64,000 bases of DNA from an uncultured Anaerolineales bacterium (GTDB lineage: Bacteria; Chloroflexota; Anaerolineae; Anaerolineales; E44-bin32), in contig CBDAFF010000083.1 of assembly GCA_965195195.1 (NCBI GenBank), positions 4,225 through 68,224 on the forward strand, given 5' to 3'. Positions 1-10,079 of the stretch are shown here, in pieces. The notes below the pieces were generated by a model. That model searched no databases and was not told the origin of the DNA. It was given only the letters and a program-made list of their open reading frames with translations. The position numbers were made by a program, and so were the translations under genes. Each line of letters opens with the position of its first letter. Position 1 is the stretch's first letter.

Positions 1-34
1 TGCTGGCCATCGCTGTCGTTGTGGCGAGCATGGA

Positions 35-241
35 TTATATAAGTTCAACCTTGCGTAAACGGCTTGTATAAAAACCATAGACGCAAGCTTTGGAGGACCG
101 TAATTTATACCAAGCTGTAACCAGAAGAATCGTCCCCCACTGGGGATGATTCTTTATATTTGATGGCTTCTCGCCTGTCCACTTAATAATATCTTTTGTG
201 GACTTTCCTCGAAATTCCCTGGAGGGAATAAGCGATTCCAT
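35..241 (-). CDS. Small hypothetical protein (68 aa); function unknown
   Basis: Open frame divergent from the 253..822 ORF. No motif recognised. It could be spurious. Confidence 0.25.
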   Translation of the reverse strand: MESLIPSREFRGKSTKDIIKWTGEKPSNIKNHPQWGTILLVTAWYKLRSSKACVYGFYTSRLRKVELI

Positions 242-252
242 CCTGCTCGTAT

Positions 253-822
253 ATGGGAATTATTATGGATGGTTCTAATTTGATTGGGTCAAACTCAGGC
301 GAGGAAGATGATTTCCGCCGTATATTTGTGCTTCACTGTAAACGCTATCCCCTCATGGAAGTGCAAGATATTTACAAACTCATTCATCAGGCATCTATGG
401 GCAGTGAACACGCTGTTCAAGATTTAGATGTCACTCGCTCTTTTCTCGAGCGTGAGGTGAATGAATTAGCTGACGGTCCTGAGGAGCCTATCCAAGATAT
501 CATCTCCGCGGATGGTCGAATGGCCAGAATAAATCTTCGTCCATACCTCGCCTCGAATGCGAGTCTTGAACATCTATTTCAGGCATTTGTTCGCACGGCA
601 AATGAATTCAAAGGCAGCACAATGAGGCTTAAGCGCTATCGTTCCTATGCTGAGCGGTTGACAGGCGAGTGTTCTTTAACTTTATCTCGCACTGAAATTC
701 GAACTTTCTTCGACCAGATGGAGGCCGCAGGATTTCCCGCCGTCCACCACTCCGCTTCATACGCTGCAGCTTACCAACCTGCCTACCGAGTCGTCTTGTA
801 CGAATTTTTAGATAACCCATAA
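253..822 (+). CDS. Hypothetical protein (189 aa)
   Basis: Uninterrupted ORF with an ATG start and ordinary, non-low-complexity composition. No family recognised. Confidence 0.6.
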   Translation: MGIIMDGSNLIGSNSGEEDDFRRIFVLHCKRYPLMEVQDIYKLIHQASMGSEHAVQDLDVTRSFLEREVNELADGPEEPIQDIISADGRMARINLRPYLASNASLEHLFQAFVRTANEFKGSTMRLKRYRSYAERLTGECSLTLSRTEIRTFFDQMEAAGFPAVHHSASYAAAYQPAYRVVLYEFLDNP

Positions 823-932
823 ACATCGCGCGGTTGCAGCGACGCTCGTAAACCCACCCAACACTTTTAATTACGTGGCTGAAGGAGAACCAAGTCTGGT
901 ATATAATCATAGGCTGATGAGGACATCCTGAT

Positions 933-1436
933 ATGCACCAGCCGGTACTGGTTCTGAATGCTAATTACGAACCGCTCAACGTCTGCTCGACGAAGCGGGC
1001 AATTGGGCTATACATGACCGGCAAAGCGGAGATGCTATTAAACGGTCGTGGCTATATTAGAACGGTTCGCCAGAATTACCCCAGGCCCTCGATCATTCGC
1101 CTGGGATATATGATCAAACGCCCTTACCCCCGGGTCTGGCTGACGAAGAAAGAGGTTTTTCGCCGTGACTCTCACACCTGCCAATACTGCGGAGAGAACG
1201 GCAGCCACCTGACCATCGATCATGTAATTCCCCGTCACCGCGACGGGGAGTACAGATGGAATAATCTTGTAACTGCATGTCCAAAATGCAATCTGAGGAA
1301 GGGTGGGAGAACGCTGCGCGATGCAAACATGCGCCTTAAACGCGAGCCTGCTGAACCTCGCGCAACGGCAATTTACCTCTATGGCACTTATCTAAAACAG
1401 AATGAAGAGTGGGAACCTTATCTCCGAGGCTGGTAA
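933..1436 (+). CDS. HNH endonuclease family protein
   Basis: Carries CQYCG...IDHVIPRHRDGEYRWNNLVTACPKCNLRKG, a classic HNH beta-beta-alpha-metal motif flanked by Cys pairs. Confidence 0.85.
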   Translation: MHQPVLVLNANYEPLNVCSTKRAIGLYMTGKAEMLLNGRGYIRTVRQNYPRPSIIRLGYMIKRPYPRVWLTKKEVFRRDSHTCQYCGENGSHLTIDHVIPRHRDGEYRWNNLVTACPKCNLRKGGRTLRDANMRLKREPAEPRATAIYLYGTYLKQNEEWEPYLRGW

Positions 1437-1437
1437 C

Positions 1438-2577
1438 CTATAGCGTTTCAAGAAGTGCAAGCAACCCCCCGGCAACAACCCCATGACCCCCAGCGACCAC
1501 CGGAATCGGCGATTCCATAATCGCGACTGTGAGGTTGCGGAGCGCTTCGTCGGAGATTTGTCCAGTCCAACCAAGGTCGGCAGCAAAACGATCAGCAGCG
1601 CTCGGGTAGCTGCCCCTCGAACCCATCCACACCCTGGTATCCCAGATGACCGCTTCTGACATTTGGCTCAGCCTGGCGAGAAAGCCGCTGGGCTGTAATT
1701 CATCAACCATATCTGCGATCAACGATTGCACCTCCCCCCGAGCCAATCGCTGACTTGCGACCATCCCCCGTTCTTCTACATAGATCCGCACCCAGATTTT
1801 TGTCCGCTCTTCCAGTTCTTTCCAAACTGCTGAGGATGCTCGTCCGATAATGGTTAAAGTGCTTGCTGGTGATTGGAGAACGCGTCGCAGGTTGGAAATG
1901 CTATCCAGCAAGGGTAGGTTTGTTTGCTTGAGAAAGTCACGACAATGCCTGCCAATCCCGGGATGACCGTGTAGAAGTATTAAATCCGCAGGTGTGTCTA
2001 TATCCAGCCGAGAACTCGCAGATGGCGGCATTGCGCGGACATCGAATTGCGCTTCTTGCTGCATCACCCACCCCAGTGGATTATCACTTGGAAGTTTTCC
2101 CTTTATCCCTTCAATGACACTTGTTTGGTTAAAGACCGCCCAATCTGAAGAGTACAGGTTATTAACAATGGCAGTTGGCGTTTTCTGCCGCAGGACCTGC
2201 TCGAAGACTTGCTGTAAATCTTTTTCCCCCATCAGTGGCGCACTCGCTCCTCCAAAGTACGCGAGCCTATCTAGATGATATTCTGAGATTATCTCGGCTA
2301 ATACCTCTCCAAAATGAAATGGTTTTACTGATGATTGAATTTGATCAAATCCCAATTCCTGCAACGCCAGTCGATCATCTTCTTCATGAGCAAGAACGAA
2401 GCATCGACCTGCAAGAGGATTCGCCTTAACTCGCTCAGCCAGATCACAAGCTGCAGCGAGTCGACCAGCAGCGACCCAGGCTTCCGCTTCAGATGAACCC
2501 TTGGGCGGCAGCATGAGAAAAACGGGGATTTTATCATCCATAGGATAGTCAGTAATAATCAACGGAGGAAATGTCAA
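1438..2577 (-). CDS. Hypothetical protein, possibly with a nucleotidyltransferase-like N-terminal half
   Basis: 379-aa ORF. The DIDTPADL motif recalls MobA/CofC-like NTP-transferases. The C-terminal half is unrecognised. Confidence 0.55.
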   Translation of the reverse strand: MTFPPLIITDYPMDDKIPVFLMLPPKGSSEAEAWVAAGRLAAACDLAERVKANPLAGRCFVLAHEEDDRLALQELGFDQIQSSVKPFHFGEVLAEIISEYHLDRLAYFGGASAPLMGEKDLQQVFEQVLRQKTPTAIVNNLYSSDWAVFNQTSVIEGIKGKLPSDNPLGWVMQQEAQFDVRAMPPSASSRLDIDTPADLILLHGHPGIGRHCRDFLKQTNLPLLDSISNLRRVLQSPASTLTIIGRASSAVWKELEERTKIWVRIYVEERGMVASQRLARGEVQSLIADMVDELQPSGFLARLSQMSEAVIWDTRVWMGSRGSYPSAADRFAADLGWTGQISDEALRNLTVAIMESPIPVVAGGHGVVAGGLLALLETL

Positions 2578-2594
2578 CTCTCAAAGAATTACCG

Positions 2595-3170
2595 TTATTT
2601 GTTCTCAGTTTCGATGAGCCCCAGAGTTCCATCCCTTCGTCGATAGAGCATATTAACCTGATTGTTTACAACGTCGAGGAAAATAAAGAAATCTTCATGC
2701 CCTAAGAGTTGCATCTGCTCAACCGCTTCGCTCTCATCCATCGGGATTAGGAAATGATGTTTTCGCCGTACAATCAAATCTGAGGGAGATTCCTCCTCTT
2801 CCGTAATCATCGGTTCATAAGAAGCTACTTCTGCTGCCGATCTGCCATCCCCGCGGCTTCTCCAATGGCGACCCTTGTAGCGCTCAATCTGACGATGGAT
2901 CTTATCCAGCACAAGATCAACGGAGGCGAACATATCTTCCGTTCTCTCTTCTGCCCTCAGCACCACTCCCTTGCCCCGAATGGTTAATTGTGCGACCTGG
3001 CGATCCTTTGCGTTACGAGCGGTTTTCTCATGAGTCAAATCAACTTGGGCTTGGTCAATGATATCCAGATATCGATCCAGCTTCGCAACCTTTGTCTCGA
3101 CGTAATCACGCAACTTGTCGCTGAGCTCCATGTTTTTGGCGTTGATTTCAATTTGTACAGCCATTAGCAA
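2595..3170 (-). CDS. hpf: Ribosome hibernation promoting factor, long form
   Basis: The N-terminus (IEINAKNMELSDKLRDYVETKVAKLDRYL...) is typical of HPF/RaiA, and a C-terminal dimerisation-type extension is present. The start could also be the ATG two codons downstream. Confidence 0.9.
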   Translation of the reverse strand: MLMAVQIEINAKNMELSDKLRDYVETKVAKLDRYLDIIDQAQVDLTHEKTARNAKDRQVAQLTIRGKGVVLRAEERTEDMFASVDLVLDKIHRQIERYKGRHWRSRGDGRSAAEVASYEPMITEEEESPSDLIVRRKHHFLIPMDESEAVEQMQLLGHEDFFIFLDVVNNQVNMLYRRRDGTLGLIETENK

Positions 3171-3206
3171 CCCCTTTCATGTCGTTGACGTACACGGATC
3201 TGCATA

Positions 3207-3923
3207 TCATGCTCTTCCTACAGTTAAACAAAAAACCTGCGCTGCCCCCGCGTTGAGGAGAGCGATTGCGCAGTTTTTTAGCGTTGCTCCGGATGTCAGC
3301 AAATCATCTATGAGAACAACTGATTGATCTTGAACGATGCGTGAGTCAGCCCGAAAAGCTCCTTCGACATTGATATGGCGCTCTTGACGGCCCAAGCCCA
3401 CTTGCGACTGGATCTCCCGCATCCGTTCGAGTGCGTTAGTGAATAAATGTAACTTCAATTCTTTTGCGAATGAAGTAGCGATCAAAGTAACCTGATTATA
3501 CCCCCTTTGCCGTAGCCGCACATCAGCCAGGGGGACCGGAATCACGCAATCTGCCATCCATCCCGTTCGACGGTAAACGCTGACCAACCAGGATGCCATC
3601 GTGTTGGCAAGCGCTTGATCAGGTCGGTACTTCAATTTTAATATTGCGGAAGAAAGTGGTTTCTTGTAATGAGCGAAAGGTTGGACGTGGATGCGATTTG
3701 GCCAATCCTCACATATGGTGCAAAGTGTTCCTTTCTCGAGGGGAAACCCACAAGCAGAGCAAAAGCGGCCTTTAGGTGGAGTGATGTGATCATTGCATTC
3801 TTCACACCATACAGTGCCATTCGCATTGCAGCCTGTACAACGCGGAGGAAAGATCAAATCGATGGTTTGCTTGAGCCAGTATGAAAACCAGCCCAGGCTT
3901 TGATGAGGAATGGGTCGCTTCAC
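3207..3923 (-). CDS. ComF-family phosphoribosyltransferase-like protein
   Basis: N-terminal Cys-rich double zinc ribbon (CTGC...CEEC...CSACG...CTIC) plus the PRPP-binding loop VVLIDDLLTSGATL. Confidence 0.85.
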   Translation of the reverse strand: MKRPIPHQSLGWFSYWLKQTIDLIFPPRCTGCNANGTVWCEECNDHITPPKGRFCSACGFPLEKGTLCTICEDWPNRIHVQPFAHYKKPLSSAILKLKYRPDQALANTMASWLVSVYRRTGWMADCVIPVPLADVRLRQRGYNQVTLIATSFAKELKLHLFTNALERMREIQSQVGLGRQERHINVEGAFRADSRIVQDQSVVLIDDLLTSGATLKNCAIALLNAGAAQVFCLTVGRA

Positions 3924-3965
3924 CGGGCACCCCTCCCCGAGTTAGCAGAAGCGAGTGCGGTGTTC

Positions 3966-4904
3966 CTAAAACATAGCCGCCATTGGGGAAGTTATGAGCA
4001 GCAACGCAGCCGGACCAAGCAGGATCAACATGATCGAGGGAAAGATAAGTAACGCAATCGGGAAGATCATTTTGATCGGCGCACGGTGAGCTTCCTCTTC
4101 CGCCATCTGCCGCCTGCGCACACGCATCTGATCCGATTGGATCCGGAGAACCTTCGCCATGCTAACACCAAGCTGTTCAGATTGAATGACGGCTGCCACG
4201 AAGCTTGTGAACTCCGCGACATCAAGCCGATCTGCCATATCCCGCAATGCTTCTCTTCGCAATTTGCCAAGCCCGATTTCTTGAATTACCCGCCCAAACT
4301 CCAAAGCGAGTTCGTCTTCCCATTTCTGGTTCACCTTGCGCATCGCTGCATCAAAACCAAGACCAGCTTCAACACAAATCGTCAACAAATCAAGCGCATC
4401 CGGAAGTCCTCTGAAAACAGCTTTCTGCCTGGCTGCAACTTTGCTTGAAAGCCACAGATCCGGTAGAAAGTATCCGAGCGCCATAAAGAGCGCCGAAATT
4501 CCTAAACCCTGAAGCCAATTACGCCCTGAGATCGAGAAAACCAAGAATAGACCGCCGCCCAATACTACTGCCAGAACGAAACGCAGGGCGATGAAAAAAG
4601 ACGGGTCCATTTGCATGGGGTTGCCAGCTTTAATGAGTTTTAACCGCGCAGATTCTAGCGTCGCCTGCGGAGTGAAGCGGGCGGCGATCATGCCAATGCT
4701 ATTAAAGAGCGGCAGCATAATTCGTTCATAAAAGCGCTGTGAAAGCTCGATCTCCTCGAGCGTCATCGCCTCCTCGCGAACGCTGTACTCCGCCAGGCGA
4801 CTGGAGATGGGATCAGAAGCTTGCGGCGCTCTTATCCCAGCGATAACCAGGAAAACAGCCAAGACGAGGATGCCAATGATGGCGGCAATTGTCAATAAAG
4901 GCAT
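3966..4904 (-). CDS. tadC: Tad pilus platform protein TadC (T2SS F-domain)
   Basis: Polytopic membrane protein of TadB/C size and topology, lying directly downstream of tadB and cpaF. Confidence 0.85.
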   Translation of the reverse strand: MPLLTIAAIIGILVLAVFLVIAGIRAPQASDPISSRLAEYSVREEAMTLEEIELSQRFYERIMLPLFNSIGMIAARFTPQATLESARLKLIKAGNPMQMDPSFFIALRFVLAVVLGGGLFLVFSISGRNWLQGLGISALFMALGYFLPDLWLSSKVAARQKAVFRGLPDALDLLTICVEAGLGFDAAMRKVNQKWEDELALEFGRVIQEIGLGKLRREALRDMADRLDVAEFTSFVAAVIQSEQLGVSMAKVLRIQSDQMRVRRRQMAEEEAHRAPIKMIFPIALLIFPSIMLILLGPAALLLITSPMAAMF

Positions 4905-4954
4905 TATTTCGCTCCTTGTTCTCCCGTGACGTTTATTCAGCCGCGGCCAAAACT

Positions 4955-5926
4955 TTAGATGTCGATATCCACGATTTTCTGCGTGGCTATAAAACCAGTG
5001 ATGATCATGACCGCTGCAAGAACGATGATTGGGATGCCGCAGCTTCGCGTCTCCGGATTGAAAAACTGCATAATATAGGACCGGTTTATCAAGAAAAGTA
5101 AAGCCACGAGTGCGATGGGCATAGCGGAGATTACCCAGGCTGTCGCTCGCCCCTGAGCGGTCAGTGCTTGGATTTCACCTTTGATTCGCACACGTTCTCG
5201 GATCGTGAATGAAATCGAATCCAGAATCTCGGCCAGGTTACCCCCGACCTCCCGCTGAACATTTATAGCGGTGATCACTAGATCGAGGTCCTCACTATTG
5301 ATTCGACGGAGGAGATGCTCGAGGGCATCCTCCATCATGATACCAAGCTGCATCTCCTGTACCACACGGTGGAATTCTTCGTTAATCGGTTTTGGAAGCT
5401 CGCGGCTGACAGCTTCCATCGCCTGAAGAGTTGAGAACCCGGCTCGCAAGCCATTCACCATCAAGTTGAGCATATCGCTCAACTGATTGTCGAATTTCTT
5501 CAGCCGGTTTTTCTCCTGCCGCTTTACATACATTCGCGGTACAAAAGCACCGAGGATCATCCCAACAACCGCGAATATCATCGAGCTGCTGATAATAAAG
5601 CCAATAACTCCAAAGGCGATTATCGAGATCACAATTACAGCAATGTATTCAGCCGGCCGGAGCTTCAGGTCTGCTCTAGCGAGGTCTCGAGAAAGATTAT
5701 TAAAGAGATCTGAGCCTTCACCAGCCCGTTCCAGGTAATCGGCGATGATCGAGCCACGCTGTTTTTTTGCTTCGTCACCTGATGTGGAGACAACCTGCCC
5801 CTCAGTGTAACGGCCCAAGCGTTCCTCAACGACCGATCGCTCACCCAGTAACGTCATTGCCAGACCAACTACCAGGAGCAGAAGCCCCAGACCGCCACCA
5901 ATGATGAGAACCGTTTGTGGATTCAT
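4955..5926 (-). CDS. tadB: Tad pilus platform protein TadB (T2SS F-domain)
   Basis: N-terminal TM segment, a cytoplasmic helical domain and C-terminal TM segments. Lies adjacent to cpaF. Confidence 0.85.
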   Translation of the reverse strand: MNPQTVLIIGGGLGLLLLVVGLAMTLLGERSVVEERLGRYTEGQVVSTSGDEAKKQRGSIIADYLERAGEGSDLFNNLSRDLARADLKLRPAEYIAVIVISIIAFGVIGFIISSSMIFAVVGMILGAFVPRMYVKRQEKNRLKKFDNQLSDMLNLMVNGLRAGFSTLQAMEAVSRELPKPINEEFHRVVQEMQLGIMMEDALEHLLRRINSEDLDLVITAINVQREVGGNLAEILDSISFTIRERVRIKGEIQALTAQGRATAWVISAMPIALVALLFLINRSYIMQFFNPETRSCGIPIIVLAAVMIITGFIATQKIVDIDI

Positions 5927-5929
5927 CGC

Positions 5930-7357
5930 CTAGTACCCCTTTGACCTGGTGCCTACGCCGAAGATTGCTGCAGGCAAATTAATGCCACTCGCTTCAATCT
6001 TATCGATGAATCTTGGTCGTAAGCCCGTTGGGCGGAGCCGTCCGATAACCTTGCCGTCCTCAAATCCGGTTTGCTCAAAGATGAAAAGATCCGTCATCGT
6101 GATCACATCACCTTCCATCCCCTGAATTTCGGCAATATGAGTCAATTTTCGAGTACCGTCACGAAGTCGCTCAAGATGGACAACAAGCTCAAGAGCGGAT
6201 GAAATTTGCTCCCGAATGGCGCGGATGGGAAGTTCCACACCTGACATAAGCGTCATGGTTTCAATACGAGCCAGTGTGTCCCTCGGGCTATTTGAGTGCG
6301 CTGTCGTCATTGACCCTTCATGGCCGGTGTTCATCGCCTGGAGCATATCGAGCGCCTCTTTTTCGCGGATCTCTCCTACGATAATCCGGTCGGGCCTCAT
6401 TCGCAGCGAGTTGACTACGAGGTTCTGAATCGTCACTTCACCCCGGCCTTCGATATTAGGTGGCCTGGATTCAAGGGTGATAACATGCTCCTGCCTCAAC
6501 TGCAGCTCGGCCGCATTCTCAATCGTTATGATTCGCTCATCACCAGGGATGTATTGTGAGATGATATTCAACATAGTGGTTTTTCCGGAACCGGTACCAC
6601 CGGAAATAACCATATTTATTCTCCCGATCACACACGCTTTAAGGAACTCAACGGCTTCAGGAGTTATCGTGCCCCATTCAATGAGTTGATCGGCTGTGAT
6701 GGGATCTCGAGCGAATTTCCGGATCGTGAGGGTGGGTCCCACAAGAGATATTGGAGGGATGATGGCGTTCACACGTGAACCATCCGGCAGTCGGGCGTCA
6801 ACATACGGGCTAGACTCATCAATCCGTCGTCCTAAGGGAGCCACAATACGATCGATGATGCGCATCAAGTGATCGTCGCTCTCGAAGGTCGCAGGTTCAC
6901 GGTAGATTTTACCGGACCGCTCGACGTATATCTGCTTGGCTCCGTTCACCATGATTTCTGTGATCGAGCCATCTGCAAGCAGCGGTTCGATGGGTCCAAG
7001 GCCCAGAATCTCAGCGACGATCTGCTCAAAAAGGCGCCTTCGCTCCGGTCTTGAGAGGACAATCCTCTCATCGGCCAGAATGTTCTCAAATAGCTCCTCG
7101 ATCGTCTGGCGAACCTCCGCTGTCTGACTGACATCCATGGAGGGATCCAATTCGCCGAGTAACTTATTTTGTACACGAGTCTTCAAATCGTGGTAAGTAT
7201 CTCGTTGCCCAGAACTTGGCGGTGCAACACGACGTGCTGAGAGGCCGCTCATACGCGATGAGCTCTGAATCTCTCCCCCATCTTGATTGTTTTCTTCGGT
7301 GAGGGCAGGTACGTTTTCTTCAGCTTGGCCTTGTTCGATTCTCTTCAATAACGACAC
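5930..7357 (-). CDS. cpaF: Tad pilus assembly ATPase CpaF/TadA
   Basis: Walker A motif GGTGSGKTT, with Asp-box and His-box regions typical of T2SS-E/VirB11-family secretion ATPases. Confidence 0.95.
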   Translation of the reverse strand: MSLLKRIEQGQAEENVPALTEENNQDGGEIQSSSRMSGLSARRVAPPSSGQRDTYHDLKTRVQNKLLGELDPSMDVSQTAEVRQTIEELFENILADERIVLSRPERRRLFEQIVAEILGLGPIEPLLADGSITEIMVNGAKQIYVERSGKIYREPATFESDDHLMRIIDRIVAPLGRRIDESSPYVDARLPDGSRVNAIIPPISLVGPTLTIRKFARDPITADQLIEWGTITPEAVEFLKACVIGRINMVISGGTGSGKTTMLNIISQYIPGDERIITIENAAELQLRQEHVITLESRPPNIEGRGEVTIQNLVVNSLRMRPDRIIVGEIREKEALDMLQAMNTGHEGSMTTAHSNSPRDTLARIETMTLMSGVELPIRAIREQISSALELVVHLERLRDGTRKLTHIAEIQGMEGDVITMTDLFIFEQTGFEDGKVIGRLRPTGLRPRFIDKIEASGINLPAAIFGVGTRSKGY

Positions 7358-7403
7358 GTTGCACGCTCCTTACTCAGCGGCGATTCGCTCCACAACACAA
7401 ATA

Positions 7404-8669
7404 TTACCGACTGAATAAACCCGTACGTTCGGCTTCAATCTCCTCTTCATCTTCCAAAACGTCAATCAGCACACGTTCTTTAATGCTTCCAAGAATACTG
7501 AAAATACTCTTTGCCGCTGGTTGACCTTTATCGCTGAGAAGGAGAGGAGAACCGCGGTTTATTGAAGTCGTTATCGCCCGTTCATCGAGAGGGATCTCCG
7601 CATCCACAGTGCACTTTAGGTTTTCTGATACCGCATCAGACGATATCCCCGAACGCTTATCGGTCTTATTCAAGACAAAGAAAATTCGTTCCTTCGGGAA
7701 TTCTAAGACACCCAGTAAATCGAACAGCAGTCTGGTGTCTTTAATCGAGGGTATCTCTGGTGTCGCAATAGTGATCAGTAGATCAGCAACATCTAACACT
7801 GCCAATGTAATGTCATCCATATTGGAACTTGTGTCAACAACGACATAGGCGAAATTCCGTTTTAAGAATTGGATGACATTACGTACTTGCCCGGCGGTGA
7901 CTTCATCTGCCACCTCCGGTCGCGGCGGCGCGGCGAGAACCCGCAATCCGGTACTGTGCCGGAGCAGGACCTCATCGACGAACTCTGCATCTAGTTCCTC
8001 CGCTCTGCTGGCTAGATCAATAAAACTGTTCTTCGCTTGCAAATTCAATGAGACGGCAACGTCGCCAAACTGCAGCGCAGCATCTACGAGCACTGTTGGG
8101 GTATCTGCGGTGTCTAAACCAACGGCGATATTTGTCGCCAGCATGGAACAGCCAACACCGCCCTTGGCGCTATAAACAACCATGACTTTTCCTTCAGGGC
8201 GCAGCGATCCAGTGTGTCCCCCTCCTGGACCTTGAACTACGACTGAAGGCAGAGATTGGCTTATCTTGTTCTTCTGTTCGTGTGCAAAAACTGCCAATGT
8301 CCTGATCGTGGATATTAGCTCGTCCGCAGATGGCGGCTTTGCTAGAAAATCCCTGGCTCCTGCTCGCATCGCCCGGCGAACATAGTCAGCGTCATTGTTC
8401 ACAGAAAGCATGACGATTTGAGCGAAGGGAACGTCTCTCACCAGCCCCTCAGTGGCTGTGATGCCGTCCATATCCGGCATATTGATATCCATGATAACGA
8501 CATCAGGCTCCGTTTCACGAGCCATTTCAATCGCTTCTATGCCGGTTCGCGCAGCACCTACGACGACGACATCGGACTCAAACTGAAGAAGTTTGCGTAT
8601 ATTTTCTCGTGTCTCGGCGATGTCATCGACGATCAGGACGCGGATCATCACCTCCGCGTTATCTGTCAT
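7404..8669 (-). CDS. tadZ: TadZ/CpaE-like ParA/MinD-family ATPase with an N-terminal receiver domain
   Basis: The receiver region has VDD...MDINMPDMDG...MLSV...LAKP. The C-terminal part has the deviant Walker A AKGGVGCS of MinD/ParA/CpaE proteins. Confidence 0.85.
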   Translation of the reverse strand: MTDNAEVMIRVLIVDDIAETRENIRKLLQFESDVVVVGAARTGIEAIEMARETEPDVVIMDINMPDMDGITATEGLVRDVPFAQIVMLSVNNDADYVRRAMRAGARDFLAKPPSADELISTIRTLAVFAHEQKNKISQSLPSVVVQGPGGGHTGSLRPEGKVMVVYSAKGGVGCSMLATNIAVGLDTADTPTVLVDAALQFGDVAVSLNLQAKNSFIDLASRAEELDAEFVDEVLLRHSTGLRVLAAPPRPEVADEVTAGQVRNVIQFLKRNFAYVVVDTSSNMDDITLAVLDVADLLITIATPEIPSIKDTRLLFDLLGVLEFPKERIFFVLNKTDKRSGISSDAVSENLKCTVDAEIPLDERAITTSINRGSPLLLSDKGQPAAKSIFSILGSIKERVLIDVLEDEEEIEAERTGLFSR

Positions 8670-8705
8670 TTATTAGCTCCATTCGAACACCAACGAGCAT
8701 ATTTG

Positions 8706-9851
8706 CTACTGCTGCGGCGGTGCAGGTGGTTGATCATTCGGCAGCTCTGGGATGATCAGATTATCAAGTCCGGGCTCCATCCCATAAGGCAATTTGGTTG
8801 GAACCGTGATCTCATACGTATCGAGCAGGTATTGCAGTGTAACACTGGTCGTTTCTGTTACCTCTCCATCGTTCGGAGCGCGCAAAGTGAACGTGAGATC
8901 TGCTCCAACTTTCATAGCCCAGTTTAATGCCAAGGCCTCCTGGGGAGTGACGATCAAGGTGATGATGTCAGGAGGTTCAATGGTTGGCGCAGGGGCTTGA
9001 CCCTCAGGCGCGGGAGCTCCAACACCTCCCTCAGGAACAGGAATCACCTCTCCTGCAACCTCACCTTCAAGCTGGAAGGTTCCTACATGCAATACGATGG
9101 CAGCTTCGATCAAGCGCTGCGATACCGTGCGCGGCCGTTGACGTTCCTGCGGAATGATATGAAACGGCTGGCCTGTCACTTCTTCCGTCTCAACCTTTCC
9201 AAAGGGAAGAGGTGGAATATTAACATCCTCTGAGGGTTCAGCTCCCACAACGCCCCCGGTGATAAAGCCCGCAGGGAATTCAGCCGTTCCTCCAGAACCG
9301 AATAGAGGCGTCGTTTGATTAGGCAGAATTGTTTGGAAGTCAGGATCAAGGTCTACAAGCAACAGCGTAATCAGGACATCGACCACATCTCCATCCTGCA
9401 TGGCAAAGGCTACACTTGAAAGTCGAGTCATGGGAATAGCAATCGCTGTATAACCCGCTGGAATCGCCAGGGCAGCATTTGATCCGCCCGCGAGTAAATC
9501 GCCAGAAGTCTCCGTAAGCATTGCCTCAGTGAGAGGAACTCCCCGGGCGATATCCTGGCGGGCGATGCGATCGACGATCCGCGAGCGGATTTCATCCTCA
9601 TCCTGGCCGCTGATCATCGTTTCGACGACCAAGTTCGCATTCATGCGGGACATGATTACGCCATCTTCAGGGATCTTCGCTCCACGCGAGATATCCTGAG
9701 CAGCAATAGCCACAAAGACGACATCGACTGGGGGTGGTGTGGCTTCACCTTCCGAGCCAGTACCGCCCCCTCTCCCTAAGAACAGATAAGCGGCTGCAGC
9801 GCCCAGGAGAAGGATTATCGCAAGCAGTATGAAGATGCGGGAACGTCGCAT
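8706..9851 (-). CDS. cpaB: Flp pilus assembly protein CpaB/RcpC-like
   Basis: N-terminal TM anchor, a SAF-like segment (VVFVAIAAQDISRGAKIPEDGV), and a position between tadZ and flp. Confidence 0.8.
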   Translation of the reverse strand: MRRSRIFILLAIILLLGAAAAYLFLGRGGGTGSEGEATPPPVDVVFVAIAAQDISRGAKIPEDGVIMSRMNANLVVETMISGQDEDEIRSRIVDRIARQDIARGVPLTEAMLTETSGDLLAGGSNAALAIPAGYTAIAIPMTRLSSVAFAMQDGDVVDVLITLLLVDLDPDFQTILPNQTTPLFGSGGTAEFPAGFITGGVVGAEPSEDVNIPPLPFGKVETEEVTGQPFHIIPQERQRPRTVSQRLIEAAIVLHVGTFQLEGEVAGEVIPVPEGGVGAPAPEGQAPAPTIEPPDIITLIVTPQEALALNWAMKVGADLTFTLRAPNDGEVTETTSVTLQYLLDTYEITVPTKLPYGMEPGLDNLIIPELPNDQPPAPPQQ

Positions 9852-9996
9852 GGGACCTCCTTAACTACACCGATGAACTTATTCTCGTGGGCAACCCACG
9901 AGTCGCGAGTATCATACGCTGATGGAAATAAAAGTCAAGTTGTGCATACTCTAACACAAGTGTGCCAGAATATTCGCTTACATTTCCCTTACACAA

Positions 9997-10021
9997 GGAG
10001 CCCTATACAGGATAGGGCTCC
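9997..10021 (-). terminator. Hairpin between flp and cpaB (candidate attenuating terminator or processing site)
   Basis: GGAGCCCTAT-cctgt-ATAGGGCTCC forms a perfect 10-bp stem, 59 nt downstream of the flp stop. The following tract is only moderately T-rich (TTGTGT). Confidence 0.4.
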
Positions 10022-10079
10022 TGGGTGATCCGTGTTTTTAGAAAACTCTTTCCCCCTCTCATTCTCACCATATTATCGA

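Noticed and set aside
933-1436. The HNH endonuclease as a possible marker of a mobile element, prophage or restriction system.
   Set aside because: No partner genes (methylase, terminase, integrase, RT) and no flanking repeats are present. Small stand-alone HNH proteins of this type are common chromosomal genes.
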